Below are positions 1 to 13,158 of a DNA stretch of 64,000 bases, piece by piece. A program made the translations under genes and the position numbers. This DNA comes from Anthoceros angustus. Taxonomy: Eukaryota; Plantae; Anthocerotophyta. Under the pieces are notes generated by a model. That model saw only the letters and a program-made list of their open reading frames with translations. It had not been told where the DNA came from and made no database searches. The stretch covers positions 310,001 to 374,000 of the forward strand of contig VJWM01000197.1 of assembly GCA_010909165.1 (NCBI GenBank), given 5' to 3'. How positions within the stretch are numbered: the first letter of the stretch is position 1; the number at the start of each line of letters is the position of its first letter.

Positions 1-3000
1 AAAACAGACTGCGAACCTGAGGGTCTGTTCGCAAGATAGACTGAAGTAAGAAAAGATAATCCGGTGTGTACCCGACCTGCATACCAAAGGTGGTCTTGTA
101 TTAGCAAACCATGAAGTGCCAGCAGGCTAATTTTGACAAACTGCTAGAAAATGGGTCAGACCTGCTTCGAGTATATGAGAATTTTGTCAAACTCCCGGCG
201 TTCGGCAAAAGCCGCAACCACTTTTGGTGTTGCTCTTGCCTTAATGTAGATTTTAAGTGCCATGTCATTGTCAACTGTCTGCATCATTTGCACATAAAAA
301 GAGAAACCAAAATCAGGCTTTCCCAATGTCACAATTGCGACAACAATGGAACTCTGATTCATGAGCATCACTCACCTTGACGAGATCTCCCAGCTCCTCG
401 CTGCACTCCAGCTTATCTTCGGCTAACCAGTTCTCAAGCAAATTCTTCTTATTTTGATTGACCACTAACCGTGACAGTTCCAGTGACTCGAAGGCATTTA
501 ACTTGCCTTTAAGCAAAAGAGTTGCAAAATACTGCAGCAGAGGGGACGTCTGTCCAGCTTGTACTGGCACACTCTGGAACAGGCCATCTAAACAAGGTGA
601 GCACGAGCATACAAATGACACAAACTGTTCCAGGACAATGGGCTTGAAAGCTGTGTCCAGACCTGAAACTTTGCAACTGTCTCAGGCTTCCGCAGAATCC
701 CTTGAGGTGACTCAGCTGCAAGCTCTGCAGCCTCTTTGTACTTCATTTGTGAAAACAACTCTTGGAACCGTTGCACAACCTGGGGAGGAGAACATCAGAT
801 TCACATCTAAGCATGTATTACAGAACTTCCTTCTTCGTAATCAAAAAATAGAAAACAGCATGCAAGAAAACGGCAAAAAAACAACCAGCCGCCAAGTACC
901 AGATTTTCAGCTCCGGGCAGATTCCCTCGCTTGGCTAAGTTAACAGCAAGCTCCAAGTTGTTCAGCTGTAACACAGCAGATGGCCAGGTGTCAGAATCAG
1001 ACAAAATGCACGGTGGTCCCAGCGTTACAAGGCATAGTCTAGCATTGACTGATTCAATATTACCTGTCCACTAACAAAAGGCACGATCGTTGACTCATTC
1101 AGAGTAGCCTGCAATACTTGTCCCCGCCGATTGACAGCGTAGAAACCACCCAATGATGGGGCATCAGCCGTGAGGAAAATAGGATCAGGACTGATACGAT
1201 TTCGGTACACCGCAGTTGCAGTTTCTAGATCATACACGAACAGAAGGCCAAGCTTGGTGATCACATAGATCAAGCTGTACTTCTGGGAAATCTGCTCAAT
1301 TCAATGACCTTTATGTCAGATACATGTTGCGTACACTGCTCATCCACGTTCATGCATCAGAATCTGGACTGTGGAACTGTTCTGAGCCATTCACAACCAT
1401 AAAATGCCATCAAAGTTTGACAAACAATGCAACAACTACAACCAAACCGATACCAAGAACTGGCCAAAACAATTTGCCAAAGGAGAAGCGCCAAACCTGC
1501 ATTGCAACCGGGAAATCATCTGCGAAGTCAGGAGGGAAGAAGAGATCTGCCTGCTTCTTGGAGAACGAAGGTTTCCCTGCACACATCCATCACAAGATGC
1601 AGGTTTGCTTCAAAGAGTCATCCAAATGAAAGTGAACAGCCAACAATCATCGACATCATGCCATAAACTCAATAAACTTTTTGAATCACACCTGGTACAG
1701 CACCAAGCTCAATGATATGCAACTTTGATGTCAGCTGTCCAGCATTGATGGTCTTTGTCGCAAAGGAGATCAGAGTCGATGGCGTATCATTCCCAGGCAC
1801 CTGGACCACAGAGCGATAGCAACTGATGAGCTGACCAGCTGGTAACCTTTGATTCAAGCCTTTCTGATTGATTCTGAAACCTGCACCTCTCATTCAAGCT
1901 ACCCAGATCCTAACTTGAAAGTAGAAAAAGCTGCAGCATGTGAACAGCTGGTAAACTCCAGACACCAATACAAGCTGGGAAATCTCTAGACATGGTTAAG
2001 CATCTTTTGATTGGTTCTAAAACCTGCACCGTTCATTCATGCTACCTAGATCCTACCTTGAAAGTAGAGAATGATGCAGCATGTGCCTCCAGTGCCTGGC
2101 TCCTTTGCTGGTCAACAGAAAAGAGCTGCATGTTCCCCTTCACTAACTGGGGCCGCTGTAGCAGAAGAAAACACGAGATTGAATAATTGGGATTCTGATG
2201 ATGTGTCCCTCAACAAACCAGATACGCAATCAGCACAAACCTCGGGGGCTCCTGGAGCAATGCCGATAAGCACTAGCCACTTCTCAGAAGGGTCACACCG
2301 ATAGTTAATGATTTGATTGTTAGTCAAGTTGGCAGTCCGCTCAAACACTCGGACAGGCTCAGACTCCCCTAGTCAACAACCAGAAAACACACGCATCAGT
2401 CCACCGACATCTCAAACCAACATCACCTGCACCGCTTAAGAAAAGGACAGGAGCAGAGAGGTGGTTAGAAATTAGAAGACCTTCAATGGACCAGTGATAC
2501 ACAGAACCCTGCGTGACAAGTCCCAGCAGCTTGGGTGTGATCCACTTCCAAAACACCACCTACAGGGACGGAGAGATCCAACATTCAGATACCACTCTTT
2601 CGCCCATCGGACACTACCGGCTCAACAAAAATTGTTCGGCGCAGCTGACTGTTGCCTCCAACAGGTAGTGGAATCAACCTGCTCAGGCATCTGAAACGAC
2701 TTGATCTTCGTCTTCAACTCAATGTTAAAAATTTGCAGATGGTCCTGAGTTGTCCCGGCGATTTGAGCTGAAAAAAGGAGACAAACACAAAACCCATCAT
2801 TTCCACCAAAACGAAATCCCGCGGTCCCAGACGAGCACGAGAAAATACCTCACATTCCCCGTTCACATTACCTTTCAAAGCCAGCACTCGGCTGGTGGGA
2901 TTCATCAATGCAGAATCCGCAGTGATCGGTCGACGCAGCGGCTGGGAAGGCATGGACATGTCGATGATAACCACGCTGTTCTGAGCGCCAGTCTCCCGAA

Positions 3001-3267
3001 CGCAGATATACTTGTCAGACTCCATGGTCACATGAGTGAATGTTATGAACTGAGGGTTTATCCCCAAGCTCGTGAGCTGGCAAAAGAGCACAAATCGATC
3101 AAGATGCGGGACAAGAAATCCGTGGGCATCCGGAAACCAAGATCTCGGCCCCCAGATCTCCCCCACAATTACACCAATCCGCCAAAGCTGAAAAACACAA
3201 GGCTCTCAATCCGCGTGCTCACAGTCAGGGCCTCCTTCATGGCGATGGGCGCGTTGGCGGCCGCCAT
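1..3267 (-). CDS. CHC: Clathrin heavy chain, 5' part (about 14 exons in window; continues past the left edge)
   Basis: ATG at 3267; exon 1 3267-3223 [15 protein letters not shown], exon 2 3076-2872 [28 protein letters not shown]...[13 protein letters not shown]. Later exons give [63 protein letters not shown], all with GT-AG junctions. Confidence 0.98.
1860..2085 (-). repeat. Diverged ~83-bp duplication of a clathrin exon end plus donor site inside the following intron
   Basis: 2004-2085 (minus: ...TCTACTTTCAAG|GTAGGATCTAGGTAGC) is repeated at 1860-1942 as ...TCTACTTTCAAG|TTAGGATCTGGGTAGC. Confidence 0.85.
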
Positions 3268-5133
3268 GGCGAACAGCCGCGATCACCAGCCGCACCGAAT
3301 GCCCCGCCCTCCCTAGATTGGCGTCCGTCCCAGCTAGCGCAAGGGACGAGGCTCTACAGGCCCGCCCCGCGCATCCTCTCCGTCCCAGCAAATGCCACTG
3401 CGCTGATCCAGGTCTCGCCCTGCAGTGCAGCCAGGGCAAGCACGGGCCAGCTCAGTCAGATCTGCGGGCCTGGCAGCCCCACAATGGCAGGAGGGGCAGG
3501 AGCAGGAGCCCTCCCCAGCAGGCTGCTAGGTTCCCCGCGGGAGCTGGGGAAGACCACGGATCGATTCCCCGCAGCTCAACCTGCGGGCAAAGAAGAAATC
3601 GATGCTGCCTGCAGGAGATCGGATGCAGCAGGGGAAGCGGGGACTAACCGATTTGGCAGCGTAGCCTAGCGTAGCGTGGCAGTAGCGATGCCTTGGCTGC
3701 GTGGCGAGGTAAGCCCTTGCAGAGCAAGCCTAGGCGAGGCGAGGCGAGGCAAGCCCGCACATACACTTCCGGCTCGCGTGCCCGGCGTCGGAGATAAAAA
3801 CGAAAGGGAGGGGAAGAGGCATTCCAGCCTCGCGCCCGCCCCGGCAACACGCCCCACCCTTGGCCCCAGCTTCGGTACTCCAGCTCCGGTACTACTAATT
3901 GCTGCTGGTATCTCACAACAACGTTACACACATCATTATACTCTCTCTAGATATCTATTCCCATCCCTTCACACAGCCAAATCGTACACCAATGTATCCA
4001 CATACATACATAGCATCCTATGAATGTCCACCCATTTGGTTCCTTCTAACAAGGACAAGTTAGATTTGAATTAAGATTTAAGGTTATAAATCGAGTCCAA
4101 GGTATGTTATTGGGTGCATTATTTAATTAAAAAACCAAGGAGTGAAATAAGTATGATAGAACTAGTCCTTTGTTATTACCTATGCCATATCCATCTAGCA
4201 TACTTATGTTGTTACGTAAGAAAGGCTAAGGAACCTACCAAGTATCATACAAGGGCTACTTCTTTGTTGTTACGCCATATCGATTTTCTTCCTAGTGCCC
4301 ATCTGCAACAGGCTATTAAAAATATTCATGAAGATGGAGGGAGCAAATAATTGTAACTTTGGAAAAACAACACATGAAAGTGTGGTGTAAAGTCAACAAT
4401 GGATTGTGAGGGCCAGTCATGGAGCGGACTAAAATTATCTCATGCAAGCATATCAAAAGGCTGGTTTCGTAACGGGAACAACATGCAAAGCATTTCATTG
4501 GTTCACATTATCATGTTGGATTCACATATATTCCCTGGTCCTTGCAACGTGGCGATGACCACCCTTGTTAGTTTGCACCTAGGTTGTTTGTGAGTGTAAA
4601 ATGACATACATATTTAAATAAAAAATACATGTGAGACCTCCTTGAAATATTTTATTTTAGCGAATGACATGTATGTTAGTTAGATTGTCTTCTATCTCTA
4701 AAACGCATGTAGGGGAAGCACTGTGAAAGTATAACACCCAGCAATCACAACACCATGGCCATGAAGGAGCTCAGATGTGTGAAGCCACCCTAAATCGGAT
4801 GCAGGTGCATGTCAACTATGTTGTGGCTGATAATCATGCGGGATATGTCATTATAAATGGAGTAGCACGACGGACTTATTGAGGGAGGTAAGATGGGATG
4901 AGCACATCTACCAAAAGGACATCACATGAAACCCTATGGTTTCGGCAAAACGAGGGAAGTAATATGAGGCAGCTACTAGGCTCCGTATCTAAAGTGGCCT
5001 ATAGCTTTGTGGAGGTGAGCATAATTATGACTATTTTGTTTTTTTTTAATTAAAATTTAGGTTTTTTAAAGCTTTTGACATCTGCCATGGCTCTAACGTC
5101 GAGCAAGGCTTCTTTGCTCGTTCCGAGAGAGCG

Positions 5134-5381
5134 ATGGGGAAGTATCTGACAACAATGTTTGCCTTGTCGATTCCATTATGTACATACATACATGATATAA
5201 CTCTGTGGTACACAATCTAGTTTGAACAAGAAGTGGACTCAATATCTCTAATCCAACCCTCATGGGGAAGTATCTGACAACAATGTTTGCCTTGTCGATT
5301 CCATTATGTACATACATACATGATATAACTCTGTGGTACACAATCTAGTTTGAACAAGAAGTGGACTCAATATCTATAATC
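5134..5381. repeat. Near-perfect tandem duplication, period 128 bp
   Basis: atggggaagtatctgacaacaatg...gtggactcaatatct occurs at 5134 and 5262. Confidence 0.9.
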
Positions 5382-6810
5382 CTATCCTCATGAGGTATAT
5401 ATATTACAAAAGTCTGGGTCATCAAGAGGGCTTAGGTCGTCCTATATCAATCAATGCATCTTTCCAGAACAATTGGATGTATCAATACATAGAGTGATGC
5501 ATTGGAATAGTTCATAAAACACTTATTGTAGAAAAACAAATATCACACAAGTCAAGTCAATATGAAGAAAAAATGGGAAAATAAATATTGACTTTAAAAA
5601 ATAGATAAGGACTCATTACGATGGTACTTTACCCTAGGATACGAGGAACATTCCTAAGATCTGAGGCACGAATCCAGCGATCCCCATCCCTCAGACTAGT
5701 GGACTTGGGACAAGTGATGGGGGACAAAAGATTTACAGTAGAAGAACACCCCAGAGGACGAGTTCCCTTAGAAGATGCTTGAAATTGTAAGGTTAATATT
5801 TGCCAAACTTGAAAATAGCAATTCAAAGATCACAAAGACAAAGTAACTAGCAGGGTCACAAAGCTCTATAAGTTTAGCTGATGTACAAGGTGATTGAAAC
5901 ACTAGGAAAGATACCCAAGCCTGCTAAATTAATGGATTCATAAGCCCTACGGGGCTAACTCTAAATTAAATCCACGATCCAGTTCACTATGAAAGCTGGT
6001 CGAGCTTGGGCATGAATCGTGATAGATATACATGATACGCAGTTCGCATTCGAAATCAAAAGAGATATTAACCAAAACCGCATTGGTTGTCGAAGTCATG
6101 GAGGACGTGCGCTCATCATATGTATGTACTGTATGTGGAGGGCTAAAAGAGTAGGTAGCTAATGGAGCGACGGCAGGTTAAGGATAAGAGGTCGGATCGT
6201 GAGGGACACAGGAGGTGTCTGCCGTGCTGTTTGTTACAGGGTGAAACTCCCGGCGTCTCATGATTAGCAAGCCGACAGCAGCGGAGAGGAATGCGAGGAC
6301 TGTGCTTATAGCCTGGGTGATCGTGGCTCCAGCAATTCCCTCCCCCTCAGCTCAATTCCAGAATTCAGGATCCTCGGTGTCTGCATTCCCGGCAGCAGTA
6401 GCAGCAACTGACACGATTCTGCAGGAAGAGATGTAATCGATTGTGGAGGGCGAATGCGGCGCGATCTGAGGCAGGGAGGTCCGCAGTGTTGCTGACCGAG
6501 GTCCGGTCCGGTCCAGTCCGGTCTAGTTCAGTCCGGTTGTTGGTGGAGCTCTGCGGTGCTGTGCCCTCGCTGCGTGCGTGCATGCAGTGGTGGATGCTGT
6601 GAATTCTGTTTGGGAAGGCACAGAGGCAGCGTGGCTTGTTTTCTTCTATCCGTTGGTCGGATCTGAGCTGGTAGCTTGTCAGCTAGCTGGTGCAATGCGA
6701 ATCCCGGATTTCGGAGCGGTTGATATTAGGGCTCATCGGAGTATCTGATTGTGTCGGTCCGGGAGAATTGGAGGAAAATTCTGGTGTGGTTGGCTTGGCA
6801 ATTCTGCAAG

Positions 6811-9596
6811 ATGGGGTACGTGAACATACCGGACGAAATCAAGCCGGGGCGGAATCAGGTGGTGATGGAATTTGACCGCGCAGAGCTTGCGCACGTAATA
6901 TCTGTGTTGCAGACGGTGCTGAAGGAACTTTCTGTGCCGAACATGAAGCCGCAGCAGCAGAATCTTCAAATCGCTGCTTCTTCCTCGCATTCTGGTGATG
7001 CTTGGCTGGCCTCTCCCTCTCCCCGGTCTCGATCTCAGGAGTCGATTTTTGGTGCAAGTCCTCCGTTACTGGGTCTGGATTCTTCTCTATTTTCTGGTCC
7101 ATTCCCTACTTCTGGGAGACCAGTTAGGGAGGGGCCTTCTTCTGCACTAGGTATGGGGTCACCATTAGGGGCTGGATTGCAGCAGCGACTTGGAATGGAG
7201 GTGGAAATGGATCTAGGGCTCAGTTGTTCTGGTGACAGGGGAGGTCGTTCTGTTGTGGCCAACACACTACCTGCTTCAATTGGTTCTGTCAGCATTACAC
7301 CTTTAGCTCCACCTAGGCCAGGTGAATCAAGGCCTGTGAAACTTCTGCCACCTATAGCTCCTCCAGCTCCTGGTGCATCAGTCAGCTACTCCGGTTCACA
7401 GCAGCCACGGCCGTGGTCCCCAACAAGCTCTCAGGCATTTAGCGTAATTGGTCCTGCTCAGATCCAAAATGTGGGAGCTTCTGCTGGTCCTTCGCAGGCT
7501 CTAGTGCAAGCAGGAGGCCCACCTGGACTGTCCCAAGTCAAGGTGCCCCGGATTCCGATCTCGGCAGGCCAGGCCACTGCTACAGTCGGACGTGGAAAAG
7601 CCACGTCGCCAGGTTCTTCCCAGGTGTTTCCAGGTACTCACGGGCAACCAGAGCTTCACATGAGGCCACCTGAAGCGGGTCAGTCAAGAGGTTATGCTGG
7701 AACGCAAGCAGGATTTTTTCCTGTGAGACAGGGGCCACTCCAATTACCTACTGGGTCATCCCCTGGCTGGCCTGGCACTGAAGCTAATGGAAATGGTGGA
7801 GTGGAGCAACTGAGGAGGGGTCAATGGGGTAACGCCTGTGATGATGCCAATGTACTGAGCAGCCTCGCAGGAAACATTGATAAGATGAGCATCGGCCAAG
7901 GTGGGGGCTCGCAAATTAGACCACCAGTTGCAGTTGGTCCAATCAATGCAAACGGCAACACAGTGAGGGGTCTTTCGGGGCCCCATACAAGTATGCAGTC
8001 TCCAAATTTGCAAGTGCCAGGCTCATCAGGGGCTTCTGGCAATCTCAACCATGTGCAGTCCCCTGGTTTGGGTGGTCCTTTTTCACCTGTATTTGCGCCT
8101 CCTGAATCGAAATTCAGTAAGGGTGGCTTAGTAAGAGTGCCTATTGAATCCACTTTGTGGAAGGGTCGGTGGACAACAGCAGCTACTGAGCATAATCGTG
8201 ATAGTGTGATAAACCTTATGTACTCTGCTGCCTTTGAGGGTTTATTAGAGCGAGACTCACATACTGGCTGGTTGGTCAGCTCTTCAAAGAATATGATCAA
8301 CCTGTGGGAGTGCATAGCACAGAAGAAGGGCACGGAGTCCCCACTACAGGTATTTTTTGTCCAATGGTTAGGGATGTGGTTGACCATCGGGTTGTGACAT
8401 TTGTCTTTCATCTGTCTGCCCTGCATCGGTATGGTTGAGGTCTTCAGATGTGCTGTATACGTCCACTATGCAGCGGATTTCTATAACTGCAAATTGCTGA
8501 CAGCTGCAGATGATGTATCGGCTTGTCATTCCTACCTGTTGTCTACCTAGCTATGATATTCGAAGAGGAGATTGTGTATACAGGCCAGCTAATTAGGCTC
8601 CGTTGGTGTGCAGTTAAGCCACTCACAGGCAACTGAGTTCATCATGGAGAGCATGGATATTGATCGTCTTTCTAATGTGATGATATCCATTGGTGCTAAT
8701 CCTCGAGAAACTGGATTTTGCATTCCCATTCACAGCTTACGTGGGGAGACATTTTGTTCTTACAGTGTGCGTTAAACGTGCTCTCTTTGTTGTCCTTCAG
8801 TGATCCTGAGAAAACGGGTCTTGGGTGGTTTGTGATTTTTAGTTATGCACCTGATTTGTGGTCCTTTTGTTACCAGGGCATGATCCGGGTACCTGATAAT
8901 GCCGGCATCAGCGCTCTCCGGAAGCAGGCTTCCAACCCTGGGTACTTGCATGCCATATCGCTCAGCTCTGCAGGTGGTCCTCTGCGGACGTCCTTAGCCG
9001 CAGCTGTTGGAGTAGATGTGCTGGTTTATGATCTCGGGGCGGTGACAACCAGCAACTCCCCATTATCACCTCCTCCACCTCCGAAGGCATACTGGAGAGC
9101 TCATGATGCTCCAATATCAGCCATACACCGCAGCTCTTTTGCCTGTGCTCTAGTGACAGGTGCTGCAGATGGAAGTATCCGATTGTGGGACATGAAATCG
9201 AAGCCCACTGCTCCTGCACGTCACTTCCAGCAACAGAAGCAAATTACAGGCTTATCTGTGCTTGATCAGGTGACACTGACTTCGTGCAGCGCAGATGGAC
9301 TTGTTCATCTCTGGGATTTGAGGCAAACAAGCGGTGCCTTGCTCACCATCAACCCTGATGGAAGACCTGTGGTGAACATGAGTGCAAACCCAGGCACGGA
9401 AACAGTTGCCCTGACCACCCGGAAGGGTCTATATTGCTGGGAACTGTCTAAAGTGCCGGGTGGTAGCTCTTTGTTATCCCCTTTCACCCCGCTCCCCCCT
9501 GCGGGCCCGTGCACAGCTATGAAATGGAATGAGGATTTGATGGAGGTCTATGTTGCAAGTGTGGATGGCACAATCAGCGTCTTCGCCAAAGTGTGA
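6811..9596 (+). CDS. WD40-repeat protein with a long G/S/P/Q-rich N-terminal region (~803 aa; exons 6811-8349, 8614-8766, 8877-9596)
   Basis: Phase-0 GT-AG introns join three open exons. The C-terminus has WD repeats (AHDAPISAI...LVTGAADGSIRLWD; LTSCSADGLVHLWD; VASVDGTISVF). Confidence 0.85.
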
Positions 9597-10459
9597 TGAC
9601 CAAGGCATATGCTGTGGGTCGAGTACCCATGTTTCATCCTGTATTGGACTGATTGGATCAGCTGATTAGGTCCGTCACAATCTTATCTTTCACCGCTCCG
9701 GGAGTAATCTGGCGCACATTTTGCTCAAGTGAACATTCTGTTACGAGGAGTTGGGAGTTTGGAGAGCTTGGTGCTCAGGCTTAGGACCTCCCCCCGCCCC
9801 CCCTCCTCTCCTTTTCGGGGTTGAACCGTTGAGAATTATCCTTCATAAATTGGACGGAAGTTAACCCATTCCTCAATGGATAGGTGCCTGCCTAGGCTAC
9901 CCCTTCAAATTGTACGTGGAAGCTTTTTTTTCAGGTACTACAAGTCTCTGCCCCAAGAAATTTATGTAGGTAGTGTCTATTCATTTGGATAAAGGGGTTT
10001 TGCTAGATGTCGTTCTCACTTTAGGGCAAAGCACATACAGCCCTTTATTCATTCATCGCTGAAATTCAGCACGGTCTGAATACCCTATCCAAGATTTTTC
10101 AAAATTCTTCGACCACTTTGCAAAATAGACTTGTAATACATAACCTTGTGATCCCTAGTGATGATACCAACGGGCTGCTTGCAAGAGCGACCTTGGCGAT
10201 TTGTACTATATGCATATACAGTCGCTTTGTCGGTAGCTTTTGTCTGTTGTAGCTTTAGTATGTTGTGTAGGTGGGGTAGGACAAGAAGCACAATAACATT
10301 TGAAGCGGCTAAACATATGAAGCCGCTTCCGAGAAAATGAAAGTCTCTTGTGCAAAACTAAGTCACATCTTTCAACACGTTTACGATTTCTGTCAGTGGG
10401 TATTAAAAATATTTTTTTTTACTTTGGGGTTTTTTAATCGAGGGACGTATCTAGTCATG

Positions 10460-10780
10460 GTATGCCGGCATCCAACCATGTAGGTGTGGTGGTAGGTATG
10501 GCGGTCGGGCGCCGGCATGCCCAATGTAGCTATAGTGGTGGAGCACTAACATGCCCAGCAGTATAGGTATGGTAGTAGGCATTCTGGTGGGGCGCCGACA
10601 TGCCCAGCCGTGTAGGTATGGTGGTAGGTATGGTGGTGGGGCGCCACCATGCCCTGTCGTGTAGGTATGGTGGTGGAGCGTCGGCATGCCCAACCGTGTA
10701 AGTATGGTGGTGGAGCGCCGACATGCCCAGCCATGTAGGTATGGTGGTAGTTATGGTGGTGGAGCGCCGGCATGCCCGTG
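10460..10780. repeat. GC-rich minisatellite, unit ~33-45 bp (gtaggtatggtggtggagcgccggcatgccc); second copy at ~12765-13068
   Basis: About 7-8 recurrences of catgccc and gtaggtatggtggt are visible directly. Confidence 0.9.
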
Positions 10781-10874
10781 CCCTAAAAGAAACCCTAGTT
10801 CAGTAAGTTTTGATTCCACTTGTGATTCGCACTTGAGACCTCCAGTTTCCAACCTCGAGAACTTACCACTTCAC

Positions 10875-12412
10875 CAAACAACAATAACAATAACAAATTT
10901 ATTTATGTCCATGGAGGATGGAAGGACTATCATGGGACAGAGACAATACACCGTGAAACACGGCGTACACATACGTACGTCTGAACTAGAGGGAGACAGT
11001 TTGAGATGAGGCAAAAAAAGAGGGAAAGCTTTAAGAAGGAGAAAAGAGGAAAAAATCTATAGAGTCCAACTGTCTGTAATTAAGAAGCTCGAGACAAGAC
11101 CGGTGAGCTTATGACCCGGACAAGGAAACGAGTGTGCGCAAGGTAAAACCAGCACACTCGAAAAGAAGATTATAACGAGCCCGAATAGGAGCATAGGCAA
11201 GGCAATAGAAAAGGAAGTGCGATTCAGACTCAATGCCGAGGGAGCAGAGCTTGCAAATATGAGCATCCAGAGGAGGCGCAGGCTTCAGCCAGCAGTCGGT
11301 CTCGATTCGGAGGTGATGGGAGCTAAACACGGAATTAACCAATGAGGGTGCGGAGCTTGAAGGAGAGAGGAGAACTGAGGTAACGAGGTAAAGCAGGGAA
11401 ACTAGAGGGGCGATTGACATGAAACTCCTCCTTGTAGAAATAGAGTCTGGGCGTTAGAGGAGGGGCAGATGAGAGGAGGTACCAAGTGAGACGAAAGTAT
11501 CTTAATTTTAGGTCCCGTCGGATGAGGTGTATGGGAGGGAGGTGAGAAAGAGGAAGCTGGGAGTGAGGAGTAGGCCAAGCTGGAAGCCTAAAAGGTTCAA
11601 ACTCAAGCCTGTTAAGCCAAACAGCGGCCTGGGAGATGCTTGAGAGTCACTGTTGAGCCAAACCAAGCGGGAAGACCTGTAGGCAAGGAGATGATAGGGA
11701 GGAGGGCTGGGGTGGCAATGTCGAGGAGGTGGAGGTGGTAAAGGAAACAAGACAGGCGAAAGAGGCCATCAAGCTTACACCTTAGCCCAAGAGGAAGAGG
11801 AGAGACTCAGGGCCCATATTTTAGTGCTAAACAAAGTGGAGGATATTACAAGTGTGTTGAAAAGTTGCTTTCGAAGGTTGATATCTTGAATATTCATCCT
11901 ATATAAAGCACGATGCGAGAACCTGGCAGAACCCATCCCCTTGGTAGTAGGGAAGAGGTAGAAAAAGTCCATTGAACTTGGGACAAAAATCGTGACACTC
12001 GTGCGTATAGGAGCGGACCATCTCCACCTCTTGACCATCGTAATAGAATTTGCAATCACCCTCGTAATCCTTAGAATTAAACAACATGATCTTGGTCTTG
12101 CAGATTGACGGTGAGACCCTTGGTTTTGCAAAGTTAGAAAGCACTTGGACTTGCTTATCAGAAAATGCAAAATAACACAATATCACCCACACATAAAGGC
12201 TAGGAATATTCTTGAGGAAGAGGCAGCGCCGGGATCAAGAAAAAGTCGAAGCCACTCTTCAAGCTCGTCAATATACAACCCAAAAAGATTTGAGGACAAA
12301 GGATCATCCTCACGGACGCCTAGATGGATGGGAATCTAGCGAGTAGATGCGAGCATAAACCCGCTTGAGAGAAGAGTAGAAGCATGCTATAAATGGGAAG
12401 GCATCTCAAGAG
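10875..12412 (-). mobile_element. LINE (RTE/RTEX-like) 3' fragment, degenerate
   Basis: RT motifs (GVREDDPLSSNLFGLYIDELE, CKTKIMLF), C-terminal SHHLRIET...CKLC...ESHFLFYC zinc motif, and AATAAA followed by a (TTG/TTA)n tail at ~10875-10903. Confidence 0.85.
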
Positions 12413-13158
12413 ATTTTTTTTCAAAATTCTTGACCACTTTGCAAAATAGACTTGTAATACATAACCTTGTGATCCCTAGTGATGATACCAACGGGCTGCT
12501 TGCAAGAGCGACCTTGGCGATTTGTACTATATGCATATACAATGCTTTGTAGCTTTTATGCATTGTAGCTTTAGTATGTTGTGTAGGTGGGGTAGGACAA
12601 GAAGCACAATAACATTTGAAGCGGCTAAACATATGAAGCCGCTTAGAAAATGAAAGTCTCTTGTGCAAAACTAAGTCACATCTTTCAACACGTTCGATTT
12701 TAGGTGGGGTATTAAAAATATTTTTTACTTTGGGGTTTTTAATCGAGGACGTATCTAGTCATGGTATGCCGGCATCCAACCATGTAGGTGTGGTGGTAGG
12801 TATGGTGGTGGAGCACTAACATGCCCAATGTAGCTATAGTGGTGGAGCACTAACATGCCCATGTAGGTATGGTAGTAAACGATACGGTGGGCGCCACCAT
12901 GCCTGTCGTGTGGGTATGGTGGTAGGTATGGTGGTGGGCGCCACCATGCCTGTCGTGTGGGTATGGTGGTGGGCGTCGGCATGCCCAACTGTAAGTATGG
13001 TGGTGGGCGTCGGCATGCCCGCCCATGTAGGTATGGTGGTAGTTATGGTGGTGGAGCGCCGCATGCCCGTGCCCTAAAAGAAACCCTAGTTCGATGGTTT
13101 TGATTCCACTTGTGATTCGCGAGACCTCCAGTTTCCAACCTCGAACTTACCACTTCAC

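Noticed and set aside
10451-13064. Extensin-like or His-rich ORFs (PPPYL, HHHTY)
   Set aside because: They are translations of a non-coding minisatellite open in several frames, with no signal peptide.
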